Below, piece after piece: positions 17,656-26,373 of a DNA stretch of 64,000 nucleotides (position 1 is the stretch's first letter; every line of letters begins with the position of its first letter). The position numbers and the translations under genes were made by a program. The stretch covers positions 22,107-86,106 of the forward strand of contig QYQM01000054.1 in NCBI GenBank assembly GCA_007280905.1, read 5' to 3'. The notes below the pieces were generated by a model that did not search any database, had not been told where the DNA came from, and saw only the letters and a program-made list of their open reading frames with translations. Source of the DNA: Porphyromonadaceae bacterium (GTDB taxonomy: Bacteria; Bacteroidota; Bacteroidia; Bacteroidales; UBA12481).

Positions 17656-18327
17656 ATGGAACTGCATAAAAAATATCCATATAATTACCGGCTTGTGGTC
17701 ATCGAAGGCAATATCGGAGCCGGAAAAACCTCACTGGCCAGCAGGATAAGTGCGGATTATAGCAGCCACCTGATTTTGGAACGATTCGCTGACAACCCGT
17801 TCCTGCCTAAATTTTACCAGGATCCCGATCGTTTTGCTTTCCCCCTTGAGATGTCGTTCCTGGCTGACCGGTACACACAACTTAAGAAGGAACTTATTGA
17901 TCCTGATATTTTTACCCCGTTTATTATTGCCGATTATTATTTCATGAAATCGCTTATTTTCGCAGGTAATACCCTTACCGGCGATGAGTACAACCTGTAC
18001 TCACAGCTTTTTCATCTCATGTATGCTTCCTTGCCAAAACCTGATCTGTATATTTATTTGCACCAGGATCCTGATAATCTGCTTATTAATATCTGGAATC
18101 GGGGTCGCGAATACGAATCAGCTATCACAGCCGATTATCTCAAGAGGATTCAGGCCGGGTATTTTGATTTTTTCCGACAGGAGCCATCTATGAGGATACT
18201 CGTGGTGGATACCAGGGAAATAGATTTTGTGAACAAAGTAGAGGATTATCATACCCTGTTGGATACCATTTTCGGGCATGAATACCCGGTGGGATTATCG
18301 AGGGCTTTTCCACATACCGGGAAGTAA
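17656..18327 (+). CDS. Deoxynucleoside kinase
   Basis: 223 aa. P-loop VVIEGNIGAGKTSLA, ERFADNPFLPKFYQDPDRFAFPLEMSFLADRY. Confidence 0.8.
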   Translation: MELHKKYPYNYRLVVIEGNIGAGKTSLASRISADYSSHLILERFADNPFLPKFYQDPDRFAFPLEMSFLADRYTQLKKELIDPDIFTPFIIADYYFMKSLIFAGNTLTGDEYNLYSQLFHLMYASLPKPDLYIYLHQDPDNLLINIWNRGREYESAITADYLKRIQAGYFDFFRQEPSMRILVVDTREIDFVNKVEDYHTLLDTIFGHEYPVGLSRAFPHTGK

Positions 18328-18440
18328 AGTCTTGGGTGAACATTTTTCAGGAACCAATGGATTTTTTCCGTGGATTTGTAAAAGATTTATAATTTTGTCG
18401 TAGATTGGAAACGTTAATAACAAACATAAAACCGGTAGTT

Positions 18441-20165
18441 ATGAAGAAATTCAACCTCAGTATCTTGATGGCCATTGCAGTGATTTTCCTTTTGTCGGGC
18501 TGCAGCGGACTGAACAAGATGAAGAAATCCGCCTCAGGGATTAAGTACGAAGTAAAACCAGAGGTATTGGAAATGCACGGGGACAATGTGGCCCTGTCAC
18601 TTGAAGCCAGATATCCTGAAAAATTCTTTAACAAGAAAGCCATTGTGGTAGCAACTCCCGTTTTAAAAACACCAGCCGGCGAAGTTGAATTCAAACCATT
18701 AACCTTACAGGGAGAAAAGGTTACCGCTAACAATAAGGTGGTAAATTATGCATCGGGCGGTAAGGTAACCTATGAGGGAACCGTTCCCTACACAAAAGAC
18801 ATGCGTCAATCCGAATTGATTTTGAAGGTTGAAGCCTCCATGAAAACAAAAAAGGTTGCTTTTGAACCTGTTAAAATTGCCGACGGGGTTATTTCCACGC
18901 CCACTTTACTGGTTAATCAGCTGGGTGAAGTTGTTGTGGCACCTGACAAATTCCAGCGGATCGTTCCTGAAACTTACCAGGCAGATATTTATTATGATAT
19001 CAATAAAGCTGAGGTGAAGAAAACCGAAATGAAATCCGAAGATGTGACAGCTCTGAAAGATAAGGTTAAAGCGGCCAACTCGAAATCAAACTACAATATC
19101 AAAGGAGTTGATGTTTCAGCTTATGCATCACCTGACGGGAAGCTTGAACTGAATGATAAACTGGCCAAGGAACGTTCGAAAACTGCTTCCAGCTTTTTCA
19201 AAAAAGAACTTGAAAACATGAAGGTTTCAAAAGCCGACCAGAGCGAATTCTTTCAGCTAATGTCAACTGCTGAAGACTGGGATGGTTTCAAAGACTTGGT
19301 TTCGAAATCTAATATTCAGGATAAAGATCTGATTTTGCGTGTATTATCAATGTACAACGATCCGGATGTCCGTGAAAAGGAAATCCGTAATATTTCAGCT
19401 GCCTTTACTGAATTGGCTGACCAGATTCTGCCTGCTTTGCGTCGCTCGAAATTTTCCGTTAATGTTGATGTAATTGGCAAATCAGATGATGAATTACTGA
19501 GAATCGCTACCAGCAAACCTTCAGATCTTGGTATTGAAGAGGTTCTTTATGCTGCTACATTGACCAAAGATGTTAAAGTTCAGAATGGCATCTATAAAGC
19601 TGCTACCGAAAAATTCCCAACCTGCTACCGGGCATGGAATGACTTTGGAATTACAGCTGCGGAGCAAGGGGATTTCAAAACTGCTAAAACCGCCATTGAA
19701 AAATCTAACAGTTTAAAGGCAAATGACCCGATTGTTTTGAATAACCTCGGTGTTGTTGCTCTGGCTGAAGGTGACTATGATAAAGCAGAAGGTTTGTTCC
19801 GCAGTGCTGCCGGTGCCGGAAGCGAGGTTGACCACAACATAGGTATTGTCAATGTGAAAAAGAGCAATTATACCCAGGCTGTCACAAACTTTGGCTCATC
19901 CTGCCTGTTTAATGCTGCTTTGGCTCAGACCTTGAACAAGGAATACGCTAAAGCTCTTAAAACTCTTGATTGCATTCCTGAACCCAATGCCATGACCGAC
20001 TACCTTAGGGCAGTGGTTTATGCCCGCCAGGGACAGAGTGCCAATATGTTCAAATCACTGGAAGCTGCAGTTGCCGCACAGGCTGATCTGAAACAGATGG
20101 CTAAAACTGACCTCGAATTCGGTAAATTCTTCGAAGATGCCAAGTTCCAGGGAATTGTGAAGTAA
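18441..20165 (+). CDS. TPR-repeat lipoprotein, function unknown
   Basis: ATG at 18441 gives MKKFNLSILMAIAVIFLLSGC (lipobox). The C-terminal third is TPR-like (AWNDFGITAAEQGDFKTAKTAIEKSNSL...). Confidence 0.65.
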   Translation: MKKFNLSILMAIAVIFLLSGCSGLNKMKKSASGIKYEVKPEVLEMHGDNVALSLEARYPEKFFNKKAIVVATPVLKTPAGEVEFKPLTLQGEKVTANNKVVNYASGGKVTYEGTVPYTKDMRQSELILKVEASMKTKKVAFEPVKIADGVISTPTLLVNQLGEVVVAPDKFQRIVPETYQADIYYDINKAEVKKTEMKSEDVTALKDKVKAANSKSNYNIKGVDVSAYASPDGKLELNDKLAKERSKTASSFFKKELENMKVSKADQSEFFQLMSTAEDWDGFKDLVSKSNIQDKDLILRVLSMYNDPDVREKEIRNISAAFTELADQILPALRRSKFSVNVDVIGKSDDELLRIATSKPSDLGIEEVLYAATLTKDVKVQNGIYKAATEKFPTCYRAWNDFGITAAEQGDFKTAKTAIEKSNSLKANDPIVLNNLGVVALAEGDYDKAEGLFRSAAGAGSEVDHNIGIVNVKKSNYTQAVTNFGSSCLFNAALAQTLNKEYAKALKTLDCIPEPNAMTDYLRAVVYARQGQSANMFKSLEAAVAAQADLKQMAKTDLEFGKFFEDAKFQGIVK

Positions 20166-20184
20166 TCACGCAACCATATAAAAA

Positions 20185-20214
20185 AAGAGCCGCTGATGAA
20201 GCGGTTCTTTTTTT
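20185..20214. terminator. Bidirectional rho-independent terminator between convergent genes
   Basis: aagagccgct-gatga-agcggttctt (10-bp stem, one G-U), flanked by an A-run upstream and a T-run downstream. Confidence 0.8.
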
Positions 20215-20237
20215 AGTGACCATTGACCAGTGACTGG

Positions 20238-20945
20238 CTAATTGAGAACGAATTTGATAGGAATTGAGAAGGATACATTAACTGGTTTTCCTCTTTGCAG
20301 TCCCGGCTTCCAGGCAGGTGAAGACCTGATTACATTCATCACTGCTTCGTCGAGCACCGGGTCTACGCCTTTGACGATTTGAATATTAGTTGTTTCCCCT
20401 TTTCTGTTTACAACAAATGATACGAATTCATGCTCAAGAATGATCTGGGTTTCCTTTGTGTCCGGCTCGAAGGGCTCCGGGTAGAATATCGTCCTGAAGA
20501 AACTGAATGCAGACCAGGGCTTGTTTAAAACAACAACCCTGTGTTCATTCCAATTCAGCACCGGACGGGTTTTCGTCCAGATAAACAGCCGGATTAGCTG
20601 TCCTGCCGAAACCAGGATTAGTGCCAAAACGATCGATAAATAGGCTATTCCAATCCAGTTTGCCGGATCCGGCAGCGGAGCAGCCCCGCCTGAACCAACT
20701 GCCAATGAAGGATCAATCACCGGTTCTGAAACCTGAACCAAAGGCAGCCCCAGAATCGACCCGGCCTGGGTTCTGATCGATATCTGCCATGGAAGCCAGG
20801 GAAGAATCACTGCCAAAACCGACCCTCCCAGAAGGAAGAACCGGTTGGCCTGGAAATTCCTGATCCTGCTCAAAAAGAGTTCATAGGAAATCCAGATCAG
20901 GATCAGGAAAAGGTTGGCCAGGATGATGTTGGGTAAATAGTTCAT
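20238..20945 (-). CDS. BlaR1/M56-like sensor remnant fused in frame to a TonB C-terminal domain (peptidase core deleted)
   Basis: N-terminal TM region plus WSAFSFFRTIF...QIILEHE matches the M56 family up to the first HE of HExxH. The sequence then runs directly into FVSFVVNRKGETTNIQIVKGVDPVLDEAVMNVIRSSPAWKPGLQRGKPVNV (TonB_C). Only 235 aa. Confidence 0.65.
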   Translation of the reverse strand: MNYLPNIILANLFLILIWISYELFLSRIRNFQANRFFLLGGSVLAVILPWLPWQISIRTQAGSILGLPLVQVSEPVIDPSLAVGSGGAAPLPDPANWIGIAYLSIVLALILVSAGQLIRLFIWTKTRPVLNWNEHRVVVLNKPWSAFSFFRTIFYPEPFEPDTKETQIILEHEFVSFVVNRKGETTNIQIVKGVDPVLDEAVMNVIRSSPAWKPGLQRGKPVNVSFSIPIKFVLN

Positions 20946-21313
20946 GGCTTCTCATTTTTAAGGTTCTCCAGGGTTTTCAGTAACTCTTCCATCTCTTTTA
21001 TGGTTAGGTTTTCTTTTCTGGAAAAGAAAGAGACCATTTGCTTAAGGCTGCCATCAAAGTAATTCTCAAGCATCTTCTTCATAGAAAAATGGGAGTATTC
21101 ATCCTTGCTGATCAGGGCAGAATAGCGGTGAGTCGGGCCGAATGCCTCATGATCAATAAAGCCCTTTGATTCAAGGATCCTTACGATCGTGGAAACCGTG
21201 CTGTACGCCGGTTTCGGTGACGGCAACTCTAAAATAATGTCCTTAACAAATGCAGGCTGGATGCCCCATAGTACCTGCATGATCTGCTCTTCGGCTTTTG
21301 TTAAATCGCGCAT
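20942..21313 (-). CDS. BlaI/MecI/CopY-family transcriptional repressor
   Basis: 123 aa. MRDLTKAEEQIMQVLW...AYSTVSTIVRILESKGFIDHEAFGPTHRY. 4-nt ATGA overlap with the downstream BlaR-like gene. Confidence 0.85.
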   Translation of the reverse strand: MRDLTKAEEQIMQVLWGIQPAFVKDIILELPSPKPAYSTVSTIVRILESKGFIDHEAFGPTHRYSALISKDEYSHFSMKKMLENYFDGSLKQMVSFFSRKENLTIKEMEELLKTLENLKNEKP

Positions 21314-21366
21314 CTTGATTCTTTTTTATCAAAAATACAACGATAAGTTTAAATAAACAACTAAAA

Positions 21367-21383
21367 AGTTAGTTGAATTAACT
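21367..21383. promoter_or_regulatory. Near-palindromic 17-mer upstream of blaI-like gene (operator candidate)
   Basis: agttagttgaattaact is a 17-bp dyad with one symmetric mismatch pair. The word AGTTAGTT recurs at 21388-21395. A TATTTTTG -7 box (minus strand) lies between it and the ATG. Confidence 0.3.
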
Positions 21384-21445
21384 ATAGAGTTAGTTAAACT
21401 TATAAGTGGGAGGATTACAATCTTTTGCGGGGTAGCTAAGTTTAC

Positions 21446-21480
21446 AATATGCTAATGAGTTAATATGCTAATATGCTAAT
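21446..21480. repeat. Word array AATATGCTAAT x3 (left arm of an inverted array pair)
   Basis: The 11-mer aatatgctaat occurs at 21446, 21462 and 21470 (the last two overlap). Confidence 0.85.
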
Positions 21481-21594
21481 AATGATAAGATGAGTTTTAT
21501 CAAGTGCCACTAGCTTCAGTTAATGAAATGTGATCGCCGATGCAAGGCTTTGGGAATTGATAATCATTAAATTGGCACATTGGTGCTTCTTTTA

Positions 21595-21630
21595 ATTAGC
21601 AGATTAGCATATTATCAAATTAGCATATTA
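21595..21630. repeat. Word array ATTAGCATATT (right arm; reverse complement of the 21446-21480 words)
   Basis: attagca at 21595; attagcatatt at 21603-21613 and 21619-21629. The last unit overlaps the TAA stop (21628-21630) of the TrmH-family gene. Confidence 0.85.
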
Positions 21631-22146
21631 ATGTATTCTTAGCATCTCCCACAGTACAATTCCAACGCTGACCGCTACATTAAGCGAATGTTTGGTGCCA
21701 TATTGAGGGATTTCAATGGCGGCTTCGCATAGGCCTAAGACTTCCGGGGAAACACCGTGGATTTCATGGCCGAAAACAATCGCAATTGGGCCGGAAAGAT
21801 TGAATTCATTCAAAGGAATGCTACCGGTAGTTTGCTCAATAGCAAAAACCTGATAACCATTGGATTTGAGATCGACGATCGCATCGGTGGTTTTTTCGAA
21901 ATATTGCCAGTCGACGGAGAGTTCGGCGCCAAGAGCGCTTTTGTGGATATCACGATGAGGGGGTGATGTGCTGATTCCGCACAGGATGAGCTTTTCAATC
22001 CTGAATGCATCACAGGAGCGGAAGATGGAGCCGATATTATTGAGACTCCGGACGTTGTCGAGAATAACGATTACCGGATTCTTTTCTGCGGATTTGAATC
22101 CTTCAACATCGAGCCGGCGATGTTCTTCGTTTGTGAGCTGTCGCAT
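21628..22146 (-). CDS. TrmH/SpoU-family RNA 2'-O-methyltransferase
   Basis: ATG at 22146 (MRQLTNEEH...). Motifs LDNVRSLNNIGSIFRSCDAF, IVFGHEIHGVS, IPQYGTKHSLNVAVSVGIVLWE. Confidence 0.8.
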   Translation of the reverse strand: MRQLTNEEHRRLDVEGFKSAEKNPVIVILDNVRSLNNIGSIFRSCDAFRIEKLILCGISTSPPHRDIHKSALGAELSVDWQYFEKTTDAIVDLKSNGYQVFAIEQTTGSIPLNEFNLSGPIAIVFGHEIHGVSPEVLGLCEAAIEIPQYGTKHSLNVAVSVGIVLWEMLRIH

Positions 22147-22271
22147 GATTTTTGCTTTGCGCAAAAATACCAACATTAGGGTTAACCAATGTTAAAGATT
22201 TTTGTTTCACTTAAAAAAGTTGCATTTTTAACGCCTGCAAATAGTTATTTAACCATAAAAATCAAGCTTTT

Positions 22272-23471
22272 ATGAATCTTCACGAATATCAGGCCAAGCA
22301 ACTGCTCCAGTTACATGGTGTTCCGGTTGCTGAAGGACTTATGGTTGAAACGCCTGAAGCCGCAGTGGAAGCTGCACAACTGATCCAGAGTCAAACCGGT
22401 ACTAAATTCTGGGTTATTAAAGCTCAGATACATGCCGGCGGCCGCGGCAAAGGTGGCGGCGTGAAGATTGCTTCCTCCCTGGAACAGGTTAAAGAACATG
22501 CCACCCGGATATTGGGGATGAACCTGGTAACACCGCAAACAGGACCGGAAGGTAAGTTGGTGCGGAAGCTGCTGGTGCAGCGGGATATGTATTACCCGGG
22601 CGCTGACGGCAAGCCTTCTGTTAAGGAATTCTATATGAGCGTATTACTCAACCGGAAGACAGGCAGGAATATTGTAATGTATTCTACTGAAGGGGGCGTC
22701 GATATCGAAGGTGTGGCCAAAGATGCTCCAAACCTGATTTTTACCGAAGAGGTGGATCCAGGAATCGGAATCCTGCCTTTCCAGGCACGTAAAATTGCGT
22801 TTAACCTAAAATTGAATGGAGCAGCACATAAAAATATGGTGAAATTTGTCACTGCTCTTTACAATGCCTTTCTTGCAACTGATGCTTCTCTTCTGGAAAT
22901 CAATCCGTTGGTCAAAACATCAGACAACCTGATCCTCGCCGCAGATGCAAAGGTGAATCTGGATGAAAATGCCTTGTTCCGTCATCCGGATTATGCTGGA
23001 CTACGCGATCTGAACGAAGAGGATCCTACCGAAGTTGAAGCCTCCGGGTATAATCTGAATTTCATCAAGCTCGATGGAAATGTGGGTTGTATGGTTAATG
23101 GCGCCGGTCTGGCCATGGCCACCATGGATATGATCAAACTGTCGGGCGGCCAGCCTGCCAATTTCCTCGATGTCGGCGGTACCGCCAGTCCGCAAACAGT
23201 GGAAGCCGGGTTCCGTATCATCCTTAAAGACCCGAACGTTAAAGCGATCCTGATCAATATTTTCGGCGGAATTGTCCGGTGCGACAGGGTAGCGCAGGGC
23301 GTTGTGGATGCCTATAATCTGATCGGTACTATTCCCGTTCCGGTAATTGTCCGGTTGCAGGGAACCAATGCAGTGGAAGGTAAGAAAATCATCGACCAAT
23401 CCGGGCTCAAAGTTTTTTCAGCGATTACCCTGGAAGAAGCAGCTGTTCTGGTTAAGGAGGCAGTTTCCTGA
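22272..23471 (+). CDS. sucC: Succinate--CoA ligase (ADP-forming) subunit beta
   Basis: 399 aa. MNLHEYQAKQLL..., KAQIHAGGRGKGGGVK, NGAGLAMATMD, NIFGGIVRCD. Confidence 0.93.
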   Translation: MNLHEYQAKQLLQLHGVPVAEGLMVETPEAAVEAAQLIQSQTGTKFWVIKAQIHAGGRGKGGGVKIASSLEQVKEHATRILGMNLVTPQTGPEGKLVRKLLVQRDMYYPGADGKPSVKEFYMSVLLNRKTGRNIVMYSTEGGVDIEGVAKDAPNLIFTEEVDPGIGILPFQARKIAFNLKLNGAAHKNMVKFVTALYNAFLATDASLLEINPLVKTSDNLILAADAKVNLDENALFRHPDYAGLRDLNEEDPTEVEASGYNLNFIKLDGNVGCMVNGAGLAMATMDMIKLSGGQPANFLDVGGTASPQTVEAGFRIILKDPNVKAILINIFGGIVRCDRVAQGVVDAYNLIGTIPVPVIVRLQGTNAVEGKKIIDQSGLKVFSAITLEEAAVLVKEAVS

Positions 23472-23517
23472 CATATCTTTGTACAAATAAATTGGCAAAT
23501 GAATTGCCGAATGGTAT

Positions 23518-24111
23518 ATGCGGTTTATTTTATTTTCGATTCTATTCGGCCTGACCGGTGCAGGTTTAAACGCCCAGTCGGTAACAAAAGTCAGGCAGGA
23601 TACCTTACTCCGGACAGTTGTAATCAACGGGGATACCTTGCCGCATATCGACCTGAAAGAAGTCCCTATACTTCCTGCTAAAGTCTTTAAGAATCGTTTT
23701 CAGGAGAGGCAATACTGGAGATTGGTTTATAACCTCAAAAAGGTTTTGCCCTATTCGAAAATCGTTGCAGCCACCATTACCGAGGTTGAATTCAAACTTG
23801 CAACCGTAAAAACCGATAAAGAGCGAAGGAAATTCGTTAAAAGTATGGAAGACTCGCTCCGGAAAAAATATGAGGAAGATTTGAGGCAAATGACCATCAC
23901 GCAGGGAAAGCTCCTATTGAAGCTCGTTGACCGTGAAACTTCCAATTCCACTTATTTCTGGATTGATTCCTATCGCGGCTCCGTAAGCGCCTTTTTTTGG
24001 CAGGGAATAGCCCGACTCTTCGGTTCCAACCTGAAATCTCAATACGACCCAAAAGGCGAGGATGCTATTATAGAGCAGATCGTTACCTATATTGAAAGAG
24101 GATATATTTAA
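23518..24111 (+). CDS. Secreted protein, DUF4294-like
   Basis: 197 aa with signal peptide MRFILFSILFGLTGAGLNAQ. The family assignment is from memory of similar Bacteroidota proteins of about 200 aa. Confidence 0.5.
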   Translation: MRFILFSILFGLTGAGLNAQSVTKVRQDTLLRTVVINGDTLPHIDLKEVPILPAKVFKNRFQERQYWRLVYNLKKVLPYSKIVAATITEVEFKLATVKTDKERRKFVKSMEDSLRKKYEEDLRQMTITQGKLLLKLVDRETSNSTYFWIDSYRGSVSAFFWQGIARLFGSNLKSQYDPKGEDAIIEQIVTYIERGYI

Positions 24112-24155
24112 GGCTCAAATAAGGCTCAAGGCTCAAGGCTCAAGGCGCAAGTAAG
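24110..24155. repeat. Tandem heptamer array AAGGCTC (left arm), starting on a stop codon
   Basis: aaggctc (aaat) aaggctc aaggctc aaggctc aaggcgc aagtaag. The first unit overlaps the TAA at 24109-24111. Confidence 0.9.
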
Positions 24156-24246
24156 TTATAAGGCTAAATAATAAGTTTGTAAGGAAAATTTAGTGTAAAG
24201 GTTACTTTGTATTCCTTAAGGTTTTTACTTTTAACCTACTTGATCC

Positions 24247-24276
24247 CTGAGCCATGCGCCATGCGCCTTGAGCCTT
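24247..24276. repeat. Inverted heptamer array (right arm; reverse complement of the AAGGCTC/AAGGCGC words)
   Basis: ctgagcc atgcgcc atgcgcc ttgagcc tt. 24263-24276 (gcgccttgagcctt) is the perfect reverse complement of 24135-24148 (aaggctcaaggcgc). Confidence 0.9.
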
Positions 24277-24288
24277 GCATTAATGGAT

Positions 24289-24945
24289 TCAAGTTAGTTC
24301 AATCAACGCGTTTACCGTGTTCATGGCCCCTTCGGCGATGTCGACGATGCTGGAATCCAGCATGTAACAGGGACTGGTTACCACTTTGTTTTCATTGTCG
24401 ATAACGATCTCCCTGGCATGGGTTGTTTGATGGATGGCACCCATCGCCTTTATATTCTTTATAGAAGTTTGATCCTGACCCATCGTTATGGATACATTGC
24501 CCAAAACCTTTGCCAAAATCACTGGTGAAATACACAATGCCCCGATCGGTTTACGAGAACTATGCATAGAGATTACAGCTCTTTCAACCTCAGGATTCAC
24601 CGTACAATCAATACCATCGAAAGCATAGGTGCATAGGTTTTTAGCTACCCCAAACCCACCGGCAAACATCAGTATATCAAAATTTTGCGCATTGAATTCA
24701 CTTAGCGGGCGTATTTTCCCGCGGGCAATCCTCGCCGATTCAACCAGAACATTCCGGGTTTCATCCGTCGGCTGACCGGTATAATGGTTAATCACATGGT
24801 ATTGATTAACATCAGGAGCAAAGACTGTGTAAGAGGAATCGGTTCTGGCAATGGCATACAGTGTCATTACTGATTCATGAATTTCGGCGCCATCCCTGTT
24901 TCCGCATCCGGCCAGGATAACGGCAAATTTCTTTTTCGTTTTCAT
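24289..24945 (-). CDS. elbB: Isoprenoid biosynthesis glyoxalase ElbB (DJ-1/PfpI superfamily)
   Basis: 218 aa. FAVILAGCGNRDGAEIHESVMTLYAI..., NVLVESARIARGKIRPL, close to E. coli ElbB along its full length. Confidence 0.85.
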   Translation of the reverse strand: MKTKKKFAVILAGCGNRDGAEIHESVMTLYAIARTDSSYTVFAPDVNQYHVINHYTGQPTDETRNVLVESARIARGKIRPLSEFNAQNFDILMFAGGFGVAKNLCTYAFDGIDCTVNPEVERAVISMHSSRKPIGALCISPVILAKVLGNVSITMGQDQTSIKNIKAMGAIHQTTHAREIVIDNENKVVTSPCYMLDSSIVDIAEGAMNTVNALIELT

Positions 24946-24957
24946 GGTTTAAATTAT

Positions 24958-26373
24958 TTACTGTCCACTAGCGTTGAGAATAGTTTTGATCGTATAAATC
25001 AGGATTTTAAGATCAACAAGAAGCGACATGTTCTCAATGTAAAGAATATCGTATTTAAGCCGCTCAATCATCTCATCCACGTTGGATGCATATCCGAATT
25101 TTACCTGACCCCAGGAAGTAATTCCAGGCCTGACCTTTTGCAGGTGATTAAAGTGAGGAGCAGTTTTTATGATCTGATCGATAAAGTACTGACGTTCTGG
25201 TCGTGGCCCTACCAAAGACATATCACCAATCAAAACATTATAAAACTGTGGAAGTTCATCCAGACGCGTTTTTCGCATAAACATCCCAAAACCGGTAATC
25301 CGTGTATCATTTTGGCTCGATAAGGCCGGACCGTCGGCTTCAGCATTGCTAAACATCGAGCGGAACTTGTAAATGGTAAACGGCTTGCCATACCGGCCGA
25401 TTCGTTCATGAGAATAAAGTACCGGCCCTTTTGATGTAAGTTTAACACCTATGGTTAGGAACAGGTAAACCGGTGACAATATGATCAGGACAAAGAAAGA
25501 AGTTATTACATCTAATATGCGCTTGAGATTCTCTTCCCAGGCTGGCATCAGGTCATGGCTGATCTGGATGAGAGGCGTACCGATGATCGATGACATTTTA
25601 ACCATCCCGGTAAGGATGTCATACATATCAGGGATCACTTTGATCGTAATCTTCTTATATTCAAGACGGTTGATGATTTTCTTAAGCAGTTCGTGCTCTG
25701 AACTTTCGATAGCAATAATTACCTCTTCAACCGGGTGTTCCGAAAGAATTTTTTGAAGATCATTGAGAGATCCCAGATGAGGAATATGCCTGCCCATCAG
25801 GTAATCATTGTATTTACTAACACTGATAAAGCCGATAAAACTGTTTCCGGTCGATCGGGGTTGATTGACCATCCCGAGAAACAGGTCCTCTGCCCGCTTG
25901 TCGGATCCAATCAGCAGAGTGGGAAAACCTATAATACGGTTGTGGATCCGATGGGCTGAAATCGTGGTGAAAACCAGCCGGGGCATGTAGGTAAGAAGAA
26001 AATGAAGTCCGAACAGGACCAAAAAGGAGAGATAATAGTTGGTATATGTTTTAACGGTATCATCAAGGATCAGAACAAAGAAAATGATGAGGACCCCGAT
26101 AAAAGTTGTGCCTATGGTTTGCCCCAATTCGCTGAGCCGGGATTTTCTGAAAACCTCTTTATAGTAACCGGTAATGAAATAGAACAAAACCCACGACACC
26201 GGGATGATTGCCAGGCCCAGGAAAAAGGAGTGATCAAATTCAACAGGTACCGGATATCCGAATTTCTTGGTTTCTATATAGATTTTCCGGAATACGAAAA
26301 AAAGAGTCCAGCTAGCGCCGGCTGATAAGAAATCGAAAATCAGGTACTTCAGCAGTTGCTTTCTCTGGTTCAT
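24958..26373 (-). CDS. Polyprenyl-phosphate glycosyl-1-phosphate transferase (WbaP/EpsL-type priming sugar transferase)
   Basis: 471 aa. N-terminal TM bundle plus C-terminal bacterial sugar transferase domain (KRILDVITSFFVL..., GRYGKPFTIYKFRSM..., DELPQFYNVLIGDMSLVGPRP...). Confidence 0.85.
   Translation of the reverse strand: MNQRKQLLKYLIFDFLSAGASWTLFFVFRKIYIETKKFGYPVPVEFDHSFFLGLAIIPVSWVLFYFITGYYKEVFRKSRLSELGQTIGTTFIGVLIIFFVLILDDTVKTYTNYYLSFLVLFGLHFLLTYMPRLVFTTISAHRIHNRIIGFPTLLIGSDKRAEDLFLGMVNQPRSTGNSFIGFISVSKYNDYLMGRHIPHLGSLNDLQKILSEHPVEEVIIAIESSEHELLKKIINRLEYKKITIKVIPDMYDILTGMVKMSSIIGTPLIQISHDLMPAWEENLKRILDVITSFFVLIILSPVYLFLTIGVKLTSKGPVLYSHERIGRYGKPFTIYKFRSMFSNAEADGPALSSQNDTRITGFGMFMRKTRLDELPQFYNVLIGDMSLVGPRPERQYFIDQIIKTAPHFNHLQKVRPGITSWGQVKFGYASNVDEMIERLKYDILYIENMSLLVDLKILIYTIKTILNASGQ

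Noticed and set aside
16972-17667. 231-aa minus-strand ORF, with several other 60-170-aa antisense ORFs (for example 15733-16239 and 15319-15663), inside pnp
   Set aside because: They lie entirely within and antisense to a confidently identified PNPase gene. Their translations are low-complexity with no recognisable motifs. These are typical shadow ORFs.
21446-21630. Possibility that the inverted-array loci are copies of one MITE or mobile element
   Set aside because: Each locus uses a different word (ATGCTAAT, AAGGCTC, TAAGACTG). There are no shared termini, no target-site duplications that I can identify, and no transposase in the window.
22156-22165. 10-bp palindrome tttgcgcaaa in the trmH-like/sucC divergent region as an operator
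   Set aside because: It is short and AT-rich, with no second site or adjacent regulator gene. It is indistinguishable from chance.
24207-24404. 65-aa plus-strand ORF spanning the inverted heptamer arm
   Set aside because: It is generated by the repeat sequence and runs antisense into elbB. It has no start context or recognisable protein features.
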